NCBI RefSeq assembly: GCF_902459465.1
Contig: NC_047070.1
Coordinates: 16,616,001 to 16,680,000 of the forward strand
Direction: 5' to 3'
DNA length: 64,000 nt
From: Asterias rubens
Lineage: Eukaryota
Below the pieces are notes generated by a model, which saw nothing but the letters and a program-made list of their open reading frames with translations, did no database searches and was not told where the DNA came from. Made by a program: the position numbers and the translations under genes. Positions 24,801-38,412 of the stretch are shown piece after piece; within the stretch, counting starts at the first letter, position 1; each line of letters starts with the position of its first letter.

Positions 24801-26419
24801 ATTAAACAAATAACAATAATAACAGTGCGTTTACTTTCCCTTTTGATTTTAAAGTATCATTCTTTATCTCACATGATGGTTTTCTTTCAAAAGGTAGTCT
24901 TGAATGAAAGTTGTTTACAGCTTATCTTTAGTCAAAGTCCTCTAAAAAGTGTTGCTCTATGATTAAACACATGTTGTACTGCCCATCTAGCAAGCATTTT
25001 GCCACCCGCCAATCACCGTGGTCATGCCTTTTCAACACAGGCTACTTAAAAGGAACATGTTTTTCTATCGTTCTGTGCGGGCACTTTGCACACTTTCTGT
25101 ACATTTTGCCGCCTTTTCAGGGTCCACCTGTCACCATTATGTTTCGATTAACTACCGAAGGTTTTAGATTGTCTGATTGGAAGAGATCACGTCTTTTGGG
25201 GTCAGTGACCCTGATGGTATACCGGAATCAATGTGTGGAGGTGGTGGATCAGACACATGCGTACGGAAGAATCTAGGCCTATACTTGTGTTAAAACATAG
25301 TTATTTTGGTGTTGTTTATAAAAGTGTACAGGAAAACTTTTGTTGCATCGAACGTTTCTCAGACCATTTTTGTTTTAATTTCACGATTGAACGAATTTCG
25401 ACAGAGCAGTAGCTACAGAAAGTAAAAAAAAATTACTTTTGAAATACGAAGTCCGGTCATTATATAAAAAAAAAACTCTTCAAAAAACCTTTTAAATAAC
25501 GTTTGCATATAATGATTCTGATTGGCCAAACCAGCAGCAATTCAGACATGGTCAATCATACATTTGCATATTCATATAATCCAATCTACAGTGTCAATAA
25601 GTCATGGCGTGGCCGACCTTACGACGACACGTAGACAATCCCAACCTGAAAAAAGATTGTGTAAGTCTGTATTAAATTGCACAAAACACATTGATTTTTT
25701 CGCATGAAAGCATTTTTTATTTTATTTACCTGCTGTTTGATTTGAATCAAGAGAACATTCACTTCTGTGAAATAAATAAAAATAATATTAAAATTTAAAC
25801 TTGAGGCCTATGGACAATACCACAATTATAGATTAGAATTATGCACATAACACATGCCCACACCAGATTAAACATTGTTGGAGAGAATTGTTTTTCAAAC
25901 AATTTTAATTTGAAACCTTACTGATACCAAAGTAAATATGAAACGGTACAGATGAAAAAGACAAATACTTGTGAATGCAATACATGTACACGCACTGGTA
26001 CAGTCCACTCGACTATCCAACTAAATTACAGTTGCTTATTTTGCTTGATGCAATGGATATAAGCCTGTTTCGTGCTTCCATCAAAGTAAAAAATGATCAA
26101 ATTTTAAAGAAATCTAATAAAAATGTAAACCAATTCATAACATTTTGAAAGTTGGCAGAATGATTTGACAATTTTAAGAACAATAACAACATGCACATTA
26201 AAGACAGCTGAATTCAAACGAGTTTGTTTCACAAACGGCAAAAAGTTTCAAATACTTGAGTTACGTGTTGTTGGATTTAAATGACACCTTATATTTTATT
26301 TTCATTTATTATTACGATTTTTTTGTAAATGAAGGCAGTTGGTCCTTTGGTATTCAACTGGTTAAAAACCTGTGACATCATCACAGAAGATTAGTAGGCT
26401 TTAATTTAAACAGGAGGAA

Positions 26420-26720
26420 AACAAAATGGCTGCCATCCTCGCTTTGTTTCCAGAGAAAATACACATGGTGCCCATCCTTGCTTTGGTTACAGGAGAAAAC
26501 CAACAGGCTGCCATCCTTGCTTTAGTTGCACAGTTCTGAGTTTGAGAAAAACAACATGGCTGCCATCCTTGCTTTAGTTGCACAGTTCTGAGTTTGAGAA
26601 AAACAACATGGCTGCCATCCTTGCTTTAGTTGCACAGTTCTGAGTTTGAGAAAAACAACATGGCTGCCATCCTTGCTTTAGTTGCACAGTTCTGAGTTCT
26701 GAGAATAGTAACTTCGCTGC
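26420..26720. repeat. Minisatellite, 52-bp unit, ~4 copies plus degenerate 39-bp units, just 3' of the PLPP stop codon
   Basis: GGCTGCCATCCTTGCTTTAGTTGCACAGTTCTGAG at 26506, 26558, 26610 and 26662. Confidence 0.92.
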
Positions 26721-26832
26721 CATTCTTGATGAGTTGGTAACATAAACTTGAGTCATAGAAACGCAATTAGACGCACAACAATTCAGCTCACTTCAAACGT
26801 TCTGCTTCCCCTCTGAGATCCCATCCACCCCC

Positions 26833-29800
26833 TCAAACCAGTTTAATGGCGCCATCCTGATCCCTCGGCCCATTCGCTATCGCAACATTATGTTCATACT
26901 CGTCCCTCGGCGACTCATTAAACATTGGTATAGATGCGAAAGGTGTTAACGTCGCGTAACATCTATCACAGTTTGAATGAGCTATGGGCGGATAATGCTG
27001 TCGATAACACACAAACGTAACACCAAAACCAAGTAGTGAGCCAATAACAACATCTGTGGACAAAAAAAATATGTCCTGTCTTGAGATCACCGGGGAGTTA
27101 CAATTTTATTCATATTTGGGACAATTTCAACAAACAAAGATTTATTTTAAATGTGAATCTATCCTAATTGCTAAGCCAAGTGTGATCATAAAACAAAATC
27201 TGCTCTCGCTTTACGATAAATCAAGCCTAGGCTAGCCTATTGTTTTTATTAGGCTTTACATTATATCTACTCCTTGGTAGTATAATATAATGCAAGACAG
27301 CTCTCTAAAGCTATGTCTAAAACCCTATACCACAATAGTGCTGTACACTATTCTACCTACAATATGATTTTACCGACATTACAGTGTGATGTCACAAACA
27401 GATTCTGATAACCCGTTTTACGATAAATCAAGCCTAGATTCTCATATAGTGCACCGTGTAATTAACCCATGAAAGCAAGACAGTTCTCTAAGGAACAAAA
27501 TCTACCTGACAAGTAGACACACACACATGTTGTTACCACAAACTGAATCGATATTGATACCTAACCATGCAATGCCTCAAATCCATAGTAAACACTATAG
27601 TGCTGTACACTGTTTTACAAACCATAGATGTCAATTTTTGCATTAAGTTTAAAGAATGCATTTTTTTTTGTTTACACCTACACCAATGTGTAGTAAGCAC
27701 TGTATACTCAGTACTTTTATTGGTTTTGTGATGAAGCAATGGTAAATTACTCGAGTGGGATTCGAACCCACAACCTTTTATACTGTTCCAAGTTTCTTGT
27801 TTGAACCCAGAGGAGTAAATTGAACACAACACCATCCCAGCCCTTGTTGTTTTTCATTTATACACCTAGGTGTAGAGAAGCAAGCATCTTACTCAAGAAC
27901 ACAAGTGTAGAGACAAACACATTTATGTAACAGGGGGGGGGACACCTACAACACAGGTCATTACCAAGAGTTGGTTCGTTATATAGCACACATATCCTAG
28001 AAGCTAGATCAAGGTGATTATCCCTATACGTTTGGCATACTTTTAGAAGACTCCTCCAACTCCCTAGGGAGCTTACAAACTCCAAGCTACTGAAATTCGC
28101 CCTAGAGAAGCCCTTAATCAAACACAATACTCAGTCACGAGTCACGATTTTGTTGGTCTATTGAAGCCTGCTAATTTACTTCCTCAGTCTGACAACTATC
28201 ATAGCGACTTGAAACTAAATGTCATGATTTGGTTTTTCTATTGAAGCCTGCTTGTGTACATCCTCAATAGGACCTTGCAACTAAATGTCACGACTTCTTG
28301 GTTTTTTGAAGCCTGCTAATGTACATCCTCAGTCTGACAACTATCATAGCGACTTGAAACTAAATGTCATGATTTGGTTTTTCTATTGAAGCCTGCTAGT
28401 GTACATCCTCAATAGGGCCTTGCAACTAAATGTCACGACTTCTTGGTTTTTTGAAGCCTGCTAATGTACATCCTCAGTCTGACAACTATCATAGCAACTT
28501 GAAACTAATTGTCAAGATTTGGTTTTTCTATTGAAGCCTGCTAGTGTACATCCTCAGTCTGACAACTATCATAGCAACTTGAAACTAATTGTCACGATTT
28601 GGTTTTTCTATTGAAGCCTGCTAGTGTACATCCTCAGTCTGACAACTATCATAGCAACTTGAAACTAATTGTCATGATTTGGTTTTTCTATTGAAGCCTG
28701 CTAGTGTACATCCTCAGTCTGACAACTATCATAGCGACTTGAAACTAAATGTCATGATTTTGTTGGTCTATTGAAGCCTGCTAGTGTACATCCTCAGTCT
28801 GACAACTATCATAGCGACTTGAAACTAAATGTCATGATTTTGTTGGTCTATTGAAGCCTGCTAGTGTACATCCTCCGTCTTAAAACAATTATAGCGACTT
28901 TAAACTAAATGTAACACTTTTGTTGGTCTATTTAAAGAACACTTCTACCAAGTCTTATCTTTAACTACAAAACCAACACAAGATTTCAACCAAAAGTTGT
29001 TGACATGTTGATGACAAATTGCTTTGTGAGCAATCAGTTTTACTAAGATGAAATCAGGATGCTGGTAAGGGACAAATAAGAAAGGAGCTTACCTTGCCAG
29101 TGATGATGGTAATCAGCCGTTCTTGAAAGAGCAATCAGCATGGCTGATATAACAGGTGCGGCTGCAAGGCACAGCCTCCAGGAACTCCCACGACCCTGGG
29201 CCTCAAAGCAGCGTAGCTTGCCTGCCAGGTACAATGAGGCAAAACCTAGACCAGCAAATGCAACTGCAGAAAAAGAGGGGGGGGGGGAGGATGAAAGAAA
29301 AGTCAAGTTCATTATTCTAAATCATTTAATGTCCATAAAATGAAAATTTCCATTGTCAAAATGCTCACAAAAAAATAGTAATTACAAATTTCAAACTGCC
29401 ACATACATAAAAAAAACCATGAATTCCATACTTTGGTAAATTTACCCGATTGACATTATGAAGCAGTAGGCCTCAGTGATTTGTGGATAAAGATGTTAAA
29501 ATTCATAAAAAATCAAGCAAAACTGATGCGTTGAGTGCGTTGAGGAGGCTTTGAGGTTGATTAGGATCAACAAAGCAAAGTGTGATCCCCTGATCCACCT
29601 CTTCCGAATGATCTACATGCACAGTAGCAGATACAGAGCTTATAATTGTAGCTAATAATAATACTGGGTTCTTATATTGCGCTTTATCACACGCCTAGGG
29701 GCATATCAAAGTGCTCAGTAATAGTTCCTGCAAGGTATGTGGAGTGGAGCTAAGTATATGAGACCTATTCCTTTATAGCACCCTTGGTTTACAAGATGCT

Positions 29801-32800
29801 GTAGCGCACCAGGAACACCAGGGTGAGCCCCTTCTATTTACAATAAAGCCTGTAAAGCCTGGTTCATACTTCCTGCAAATGCAAAAGCAAATTTGTTGTC
29901 ACATATTTCGCAGGAGTTGAGCTAATATAAATCTCTGTTGCAAATTTGTGAGGTCAAATATCATACACCATTAGCAGGAAGTATGAACTGGGCTTAGTGA
30001 GTCAGCTTGGTGTTCACAGGTCTAGGCCGTTACACAATGCCTGTCTTGCGGTTGACTCATCTTAGATGAGGAGACCTTGCCCTCAGGAGTGTGTGGGAGT
30101 GGGAAATCACCTTGGATAATCATCTCAATTGCTATATCATCAATCATTAACAGGCCTTGTACTTAAGCTGGTTTTATAAGTAGCCCACCAGGCTATGAAC
30201 TTAATATTTTTACTTTATATCTTTGATGTGCTAACAAAACTGACCACAATGAAGGCCCAAAATCCTAATGTTGCTTCAGCACAAAAAGAAGCTTCAAAGC
30301 ACAACAACATTGAGATTTACCAGAATAAGGTTACCAGTCAAACTACCATGTCACCAAGTCAATTTATGACTGGTATCCAGCTCCATTTTCCTTAGCAGAA
30401 AATTCTACACACACTAAAAAATGATTAAACACTTAACAAAAAAGTAGGTTGCATAGTTTTTAGTCGCCCACACGGTCAAGTGGTCTTGACCAGCCCAGGC
30501 CTGATACTTAACGGAGGCAACAAAGTTGATTGCCTCCATGCCCCCTGGTCACTGCCTTGATGCCCATAAAATGCTCCAGTAGAAATTTAAAATGTTCCTC
30601 TTACGGTGCCCTTAAACAAGACGAAAATGCATTGGTGCCCTTGCCCTTTCAAAAACTAAACATACATGCCTGCCAGCCCATAGCTATTTTTACTAGACAA
30701 TTCTACTCCTCCCGCTCGTGTTAATTGTGAGCCCTTCTGTCTAGTGTTACATGAAAGCAATTTTTTCTATTTGTTACCATTAATTAGTTTAAAAAACAAC
30801 TAATATGAAAGAGGCTTCCTCCTGTTTCAACAAGCCGCCCACACAGTCACACAGTATGTAAATGTTCATTTAATGAAGAACATTCAGAGGTAACATCGCA
30901 ACTGGATAATATTTGCTGAAGAACTTAGGCCAACAAAAGTGTCAATATTAGTGTCAGCATGCTGGTTGTAACATCTTTAGCAGCTTGCCAAACCACCATT
31001 CTATTATTACTCAATGTTGATACTTTACGGAGGCATTGCTGGCAATCACCTCAGTTGCTCCTTATGCCTTGATGCCCCATACACATTCAACAAAGGGGTG
31101 CCTTTTACAAATGAGAAAATTCAAAAATGAAGCATCGGGCCCGACTTCTATGATAGCAAGACATATTATGTTGTTTTAAAGATGCTATACTAGCAATAGG
31201 TTAAGGAGCTGGTTAGGGTACAGGTGGTTTAGTTAAGGAGCTGGTTACATGAGGTTAAGGAGCTGGTTACATGAGGTTAAAGAGCTGGTTAGTGTACAGG
31301 TAGTTATGGAGCTGGTTATAGGTAATGTGCTAGCTCTATGGTTAGGTGAGTGGTGACCTGGTTATAGGTGGTTAAGGAGCTGGTTAGTGTGTAGTTGAGG
31401 AGCTGGTTACAGTTATAGGTAGTTAAGGAGCTCTTGTAGGTACATGTTGCAAGCAACGGGGCAGGTGGTTCTGGTGCTGGTTATTGTACATGGTTAAGGT
31501 GTAGGTATCCAGGTGTACTAAGTATAAAGTATGTGCTCAGCCGCAATTAATCACATTTTGTTGGCATCTCTTTTATGAACAGCATATTGAAAATCACTGA
31601 AGTTACAGTTAATGCAATAAGTTGACCACCCAGCCTGATTTCAATGAAGAATAAGAACTACTGGGGTGTGTCAAATACAATAATCTAAGGTGCGCACCAA
31701 ACAAACAATGTGTAGATTTTGGTTCAACTTTAATTTTGAGCCGCATTGACAGACAAGGTTTTAAAAGACATGAGTCAGGTTGGATGGTCCACTATTCCCG
31801 TTGAGGAGTCTTATATAATAAGAGTACAAGGCTAAAAGCGCTTCTAACTGGCTGTCAAATGAAATTTATATCAGGTGTGATGGGTTTAGATAGCCATGGG
31901 GTTATTACTTGTAAAAAACAACAAACTGGAATGGAACTTTGGTAAAGATTCTCCAATAGGGAAGTTTTGTTTTTTAAGGAACAATACAAAGGAAATCCGT
32001 TGCTTTAGGGCCCACTGAAAATTGTTCTGGTTTGAAGTTATTGAGTTGACGTCCTGACTTTAGTCCACTGTCATTGGTAACTATGTATCACTTCAAGTTT
32101 GTCTTTGAAATCAAATATGACTCATATTGTTGGAAATGCCATCACACCCAAACCAATGCCAAATGGTGATCACTTCTATGACACTATCACTGAAGTGTTT
32201 TACAATTTTTCAATTTTGGGGTTGAACAAAGAAAAATTGACTAGAGTGGGATTTGAACCAATGACCTCTGGATTATGACTTGGATAGCTCAGTTGGTAGA
32301 GCGCCGGCACATTAAACCAGAGGTCGTTGGTTCGAATCCCACTCTAGTCAATTTTTCTTTGTTCAACCCTAAAAATCATTTAACAATTTACCCAGTTAAT
32401 TTCCCTTGTGGTTTAAATTGATTTTTCGATTTGGTAAAAATCATGGTATTTTACTGAAACACAATATGTAGACCCTTGTGCGTTGACATTTTCAAAAACT
32501 TGAGGCATGAGGTTTATAAAGTAACACAAGCATGGAAGTTTGTCTTGAGAGTAATGTACATTTTGTACGCTTTCACAAGTTTGTTATGCACGTTTTGGGA
32601 TAAACCAAGTGAGGATACTGGTGTTGGAAGATTACCCTGCCTTTAAGATTTACCTCATTCATCAAATGAGTTACTCATATATAAAAATGTCAAGTATTAA
32701 GGTATGTGTAACATTTTCTGTGCCACATAAACAGTGGACAAGTTTTTTTTGTGTTCCAATTTCCATTCTGACAGACAAGAATTTGACTTGAGTCATGTTG

Positions 32801-35800
32801 GATGGCACACAAGGAGAAGGTCTTACGTAATAAACAGTCCAATAACAGTACAAGGCCAACAGTGCTTACATGTTATAACTGGCTGTCAAATGAAATCTTC
32901 ATCAGGTCTGCCAGGGGTCCTGATGAGTTCAGATTGCCATGGGGTTATTTAATTGTAAAATACAACTGGAAGAGAACCCCGCAGGCAGAGCTTGTTCCAA
33001 TGAAGAAGGTTATTTTAAGGAACAATGCAAAGGAATTCCATAGCTTGAGGGCAAAGGAAATTGTTTTGGGTCGAAGTTATTTAGTTTTCAAAGAGGCGCT
33101 ACAAGGTCACTAAAGCTTTTGCGATTCACTTTTTTTTTAAATAAAGAGTCCTTATGAAAATAGAAAAAACACTTCAAGTTTCTAATCTTGCTTTCAGTGA
33201 GATGTAATTTCATTTGATACAGTGTTTTGTAAGGTATTTGTTTACATATGTAATGTCTGTTTACTCTTGTAGGCCTATTTGTTGTGTTTCACCGTATTCC
33301 ACGAACTGACACCAACCTTGTCTGACAGCGCTCTACCAATTGAGCTATCTAGCCCTAAGTTGACAGCCTCCCTATCTTGTCAATATTATTGTTCCAGATG
33401 CCACTCAGAAGCCATACAACCTTTAACTGCCATACAGCCAGGGAGCACCCCCAAATTTACGATACTACATTTACAAGTTGGAAGCAGCAACAGAGGGCTC
33501 ACCTTAACGGAAGGCGACTTTGATTTCATCCAGGGTTTAGGCTTTTTACTTGGTATTTAAGTAAACCTGACTCATTTTACTTAATAATGCCATCACAGCT
33601 CAACCAATGCCAAAGGTGATCTCACTTTTCCAAGGAGAAAAGAAGCCAACATCCGCTTTGAAATGGTTGAATATAGTTTACAATGCATGACCAAGTATAA
33701 ATCAAAAGGATTTGGAAATCAAATTAGATTTCTTATAAACTTTAGACAACAATCAATAAAGAATCAAGCGAGACAATGTAAGTCAATAGTGTATAAAAAT
33801 ATTGTCCTTCAAGTTGTACGATCACACCATTTATCAATTGATGAGCCATACGTATTGAACACAAAGGTCAATTTTATGCTCATTCGAAGGCATCAACAGA
33901 GGGCGCTGTTACATTCAAGAAGTGGGTCCATTTTTCTATGTAGCAAATTTATTCTTGAACACGAGGAGTAACAGCTGTCCTTTTCATATTATGATCACTT
34001 AACCCCCAGTCTGCCCCAGCAAACAAACTGCTCTGGAGTAGGGGTAAGTGGTAAAACACCGGGGTATTCTTGTAACGTGCAACCAAAACCCTGTGGAATG
34101 GGAACACAGTGCGCCAAGGTAACCATGGGATAACAAAAAGTCCCAGAGCCTCCACTGGGCTATATCTTACAAGGAATAAGAGCAAGCCTGATGCTTATTG
34201 GAGCCAATGAAGGGGGATTGCCTCCATGACCCCTGGTCATTGCCTTGGTGCCCTTGAAATGCTCCAGTAGAAATTAACAATTTCCTCATAGGGTGCCCTT
34301 TATAATAGAGAAAATGCTGCCCTTTGTCTTGCAAAAAAAAAGAGCACAGAGGCAAGAAAGAAATACATGTATAGTGTGAAAAGGGCTTAGGATTAGTGTG
34401 TAAGTTTACTCACATGATGAATGGCCACTGGGGAAACTTTTCCGCCCTTCTGTAATCGTATCAGCATCTCCAGTACACTTCATATCCAGTGAGGTCTTGC
34501 CATCAGGAAAGCATCGCCAGAAAAAGTCAGGTCTTGGTCTGTGGCATAAAATAAACAAACAAGATTCAAAGATTGGTTTGGCAAAGTCACACTAAATTTA
34601 AAAAAAAGGGCCCAATTTCATAGAGCTGTTAAGCAGAAAATATTGCATAGTAAATTACTTTGCTATACAAAAAGTAACTGGGGCACCAGTTGCAACAATG
34701 TAAATTTTATGGCATTTTGGCTGGTAACCGTTAAGCATTATTTTCTGTGCTTAGCAAATATCAATGCTTACAGGCTTTATGAAATTGGGCCCATGTTTTT
34801 AGAATGTTTTAAAAGCCATACAGTGCAATCCGGAGCATTCTATATGGGTTTCTCTTTATAAAAAATAAAAAAATGAAAACAAATTGTGGGAATCCTGCTC
34901 TAAATACTCAAACCAATTGATAGTCATCCCACAAATATTCATGAAGGGATGTGTAAAAAAAAAAAAAAAAAAAATTCTTCTTACTTGAGGCATTTTCATT
35001 AACCAAGTGACTTTTTACACTCACTTCATTATGATAAATCCTTGGGCAGCATACAAGCCATTGTTTCGAGCAGTAATCTGGAGGGTTCAAAATCTAACTC
35101 TAGTAAATTTGTCTTTAATCCACCCAAATTTAACTTGGGGAACTCTTTATCATCACCATTCAATACTCAGGCATTTGTCTGCTGGCTTAAAAGAATTAGA
35201 GGCTTTCTGTCAAAATATTACAAAATGAAGATGGATGCATCACTTACCTTCCCACAGTAAGCTTGATACAATTAGTTATTACTCCATTCAGTACCAGGGC
35301 CAACGTAACCGCTGTGACAAAAAAACACCACATTTTAATTTTGGTTTGAGATCATTTAAAAAATCAACACTGTAGGAACTTGCAAAGTATCTTTTCTGTG
35401 TAGCGCCTTCTCATGGTTTTTATTGTTTAGTGTTTTTGTTGTTTTACAAGATGGCTGCAAGTGAGGTTTGTCATGGATAAATAAAGTTAGTTCAGTTCAG
35501 TAAGTAATTGTCTCAAAGATTGGTTATAACAAACACCCTTGGAAAATGAGCCACAAGACTACATGTATACGGGTCAACAGATCTACAAGACATTTGCTGT
35601 CCCTCACCCATCTTGGGGTTTATTGTCTTGTATTTTGTTATCGCCAAATAAAATACTAATATAAATAATAATAATATTTGCCAAAATATTTGCCAAAACA
35701 CCTTGCCATTATGCTTGGAAGAAAACCCCTAAACGAAAAGGCAACAAACAACAACAATAAACAATGAAACTCACCTAGAATCGCCTGGTGTGTGTCCTTT

Positions 35801-37087
35801 TTATCTCTTCTAATGATGGCAAATATTGCTATGATAGTCAGTGGTACCACAGATATTATTGTCTGAAATAAAAAACATAAACAAATAAAAATTATTTGCA
35901 ATTTGAAATAGGTGCAGATAAGAGAAATAAGTTTAACGGAAATGAGATAACAAAACTGAAATTATTTCCAATTACAGAATAAAAGTGCACAGTTCCACAA
36001 CAACAGTGTATTTCCTCCAACAAGAAAAAAAAACAGGCTTGTCAAATTAGGCATGCCTATTCACCCTATTGCGTGAATACTGGCATGCGCTTGGGAAACA
36101 ACAAAATAAAAGCAAATGCTTTTGTTTTGTTGTTTACCATGTGCATTCTAGTATTCATGCACAGGGCCAATGTTGGCACATGATAGGGAGTGAACCAGTG
36201 AGAATTCAGCTGTCAATCATCAATATGTAGGAGGTAAAGTATTATCGGCAAATTTCTTCTCCTGTAATCTGTCTTCACATCACTCAGGAAATGTTGCATC
36301 ATAAGAGAACCATGGGAAAACCACCTGAGTTTATGAAAACAATCCCGGGCCCAATTTCATGGCTGTGCTTACCGCCGAATTCTGCGCTTACAATCACCAT
36401 TCTCCGCTTACTGTGCAAGTACCAAATGTCTTCTCAAGCTGTGTAAGTGCAGAATTCTTTGTAGCCTTGAGTAGACATGCGCACAATCGCACATGCAAAG
36501 ATTCTCTGCATCTGTGTGAAATAAGCTTGAGGTAAGCATGGAAGGTGCTGCTTACAGTAAGCAGGGCCATGAAATTTGGACCAGACCAGTACCAGGATAG
36601 ACTTACAAAGAGTGCACGTGTTGTAGTGTAGCTACTGGTGACTGGGTTTCTATACAACCACATCTCCTCAGGTTGAATGATGCGATGAAATGGCTCCAAC
36701 TCTTCAGTCACTCTGTCAAAGTAAAGTGAACAAATATCAATCATAGATCTTTCATTTCAAAATATCTCAGCTCGAGTTTTGTCCAACCCAGATTGGAAAA
36801 ACAAACCAGGTTGAAAAACTATGGAAAGCCACAAATGCAAATCGCTACTGTTTGAAAAAAATGTAGCAAAAATATTCAAACATTGTGCTGATTTTGTTGA
36901 CAACAAAACACTAATTATGGGAGCCCCTTCTTTTGGTGAAATTGCTCCACACATCTTACTCTCACAGTGCTAAGACAAAAACAGGAGAAATTTATACTCA
37001 CAGAAAAATTGCAAAGAGACCAAGCCGGACGGAGATTTCAGACATCATCTTAACTGCTGAAGGATTCACAATACAGCGCCAACCCAT
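26833..37087 (-). CDS. PLPP4: Phospholipid phosphatase 4/5-like (PAP2 family, PPAPDC1-type), 7 coding exons, 273-286 aa
   Basis: Exons on the minus strand: 37087 (or 37048)-37002, 36712-36607, 35862-35775, 35311-35248, 34538-34414, 29263-29093, 27053-26833. All are GT-AG with matching phases 2,0,1,2,1,1. The protein reads [39 protein letters not shown]..., with intact PAP2 motifs C1 KLTVGRPRP, C2 SFPSGH and C3 [16 protein letters not shown]4 versus PLPP5 cannot be resolved; it is probably a co-orthologue of both. Confidence 0.92.
28140..28935. repeat. Minisatellite with 80-bp and 65-bp unit variants (PLPP last intron)
   Basis: TTGAAGCCTG at 28161, 28241, 28306, 28386, 28451, 28531, 28611, 28691, 28771 and 28851. 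Confidence 0.93.
30498..30660 (+). repeat. Second dispersed repeat family (GGCCTGATACTT..GGAGGCAAC..GTGCCC)
   Basis: Related copies at ~13515-13695 (inverted), ~13940-14000, ~23420-23495 and ~34190-34345 share CCATGCCCCCTGGTCAxTGCCTTGGTGCCC..AATGCTCCAGTAGAAAT. Confidence 0.6.
31195..31440. repeat. Low-complexity tandem repeat (GGTTAAGGAGCTGGTTA variants)
   Basis: Repeated GGAGCTGGTTA cores with variable spacers. Confidence 0.8.
32213..32420 (+). mobile_element. tRNA-derived SINE-like element fused to an inverted partial copy of itself (PLPP intron)
   Basis: A-box TAGCTCAGTTGG (32285) and B-box GGTTCGAATCC (32329). 32213-32274 is the near reverse complement of 32311-32376. Other family copies lie on the minus strand at ~33320-33550 and ~56195-56330. 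Confidence 0.65.
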
Positions 37088-38412
37088 GCTGGGAACTAAT
37101 GCGTCAGCAACCTACTGATGTACAGCAGTTGCTACTGATGACCATGCGTCTTAGGACAGGTTGTAAAATTAAGTTCAATCAAAGTCTCTTGAAGGTGTTT
37201 CAGGTTCTGAAAAGACAGAAAAATACCAATAATAATCATTCATCACAGAACAAAGTGCTTCAACCATACTGCACCAGAAAAAATGACAAATATAATTTAA
37301 TTATCCTCTTCCATGAATTGACTGATTGCTCGTTTTGTTGTAAAGTGCTCTAGTATATGACCTTCACTTCGAAGGATTCGATAATTGCACCTACCCGACC
37401 CACCCCTAATGGTAACACCATACCCAGTCCCAGTCAGTAAAGTTTCCATCCAGCCACAACTTTTTCATTTAAAAAAAAATGAGTGAAAGTGGTGGCAGGA
37501 TACGGAAACATTCCCAAAGAAAATATTGGGAACTACTGGCATAGAGCAAGGTCACTATTTTGAATGATTGTATCAACACTAACACTAAAGACGTTTTCGC
37601 CCATTTTTGGCGGTGTGGTCAGCCAATCCAAGCCCAAGAAGTAGTGACAAGATTTGCCAGTCAGTTGTTTACCATTTTTAACAAACAATATTTTGATAAC
37701 AATGATTTATACGGACACGTTACACACACCATGAATGGTTGTACTTATTTGGCCTTATTTGAATATAGAAAGATAGACAGAGGAAGGAAAAGACCTTCAT
37801 GCACACACATAAACTAATATTAAAAAACAGAAGTATGTCCTTAACAAAACAACACTTCCAACCTAAACAGTTTGCAGTGCAAAGTACACCGACCGAGTGC
37901 TGTGTTGTGATGTTGTTTGGTCAATAACTCAGAGGTCGGACATGGTCGGACTATCCAAGTCCTTTTTTCTCAATAATCTGCACTATTATACACTCCTTCT
38001 TCCTTTTCAATATTAATGTAATACTGTAGTTAACAGCCACAATAAACCAAATAATGTACTTACATTTTGGAGCAGACAACATTATTTCTGACACTTTTGA
38101 CAAGACGACACGTTTCCTCACAGGTTTACACGTACAACTATTCGTATGCTTGTGGAGCGGATCGGGTACCAGTGAGATATGAATGAACTTTGACCTCATA
38201 ACGTTTCCATGTCATCAAGTGACGCTCGATTCAATTGACTGCACAGCAGGTCCATCGGACATTACAGGTGCACGGTGGAGGTTTTTCACCTGCGGTCCTG
38301 AGACGAGCTGTGATATTTTTTTTTTAACAAACTTCCTTGTAGATATCTTCAAAATATACAAATAAACACGTAACAGCAACAGCTCGAAAGGACATGGACT
38401 ATTTATTTCACT

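Noticed and set aside
28140-28935. CRISPR-like appearance of the regular repeats (also 26420-26720, 1005-1460)
   Set aside because: Units are contiguous with no unique spacers, there are no cas genes and the context is eukaryotic; these are minisatellites.
32282-32350. Possible tRNA gene (also 46635-46702)
   Set aside because: A and B boxes are present, but the acceptor and anticodon stems do not form a proper cloverleaf, and the flanks recur in other dispersed copies; SINE-like rather than a real tRNA.
32918-32960. CTGATGAG as a possible hammerhead core (also ~56024)
   Set aside because: No stem II-GAAA or cleavage triplet downstream; the 32.9-kb site is part of an old local duplication (31840-32050 versus 32870-33090) whose other copy lacks it.
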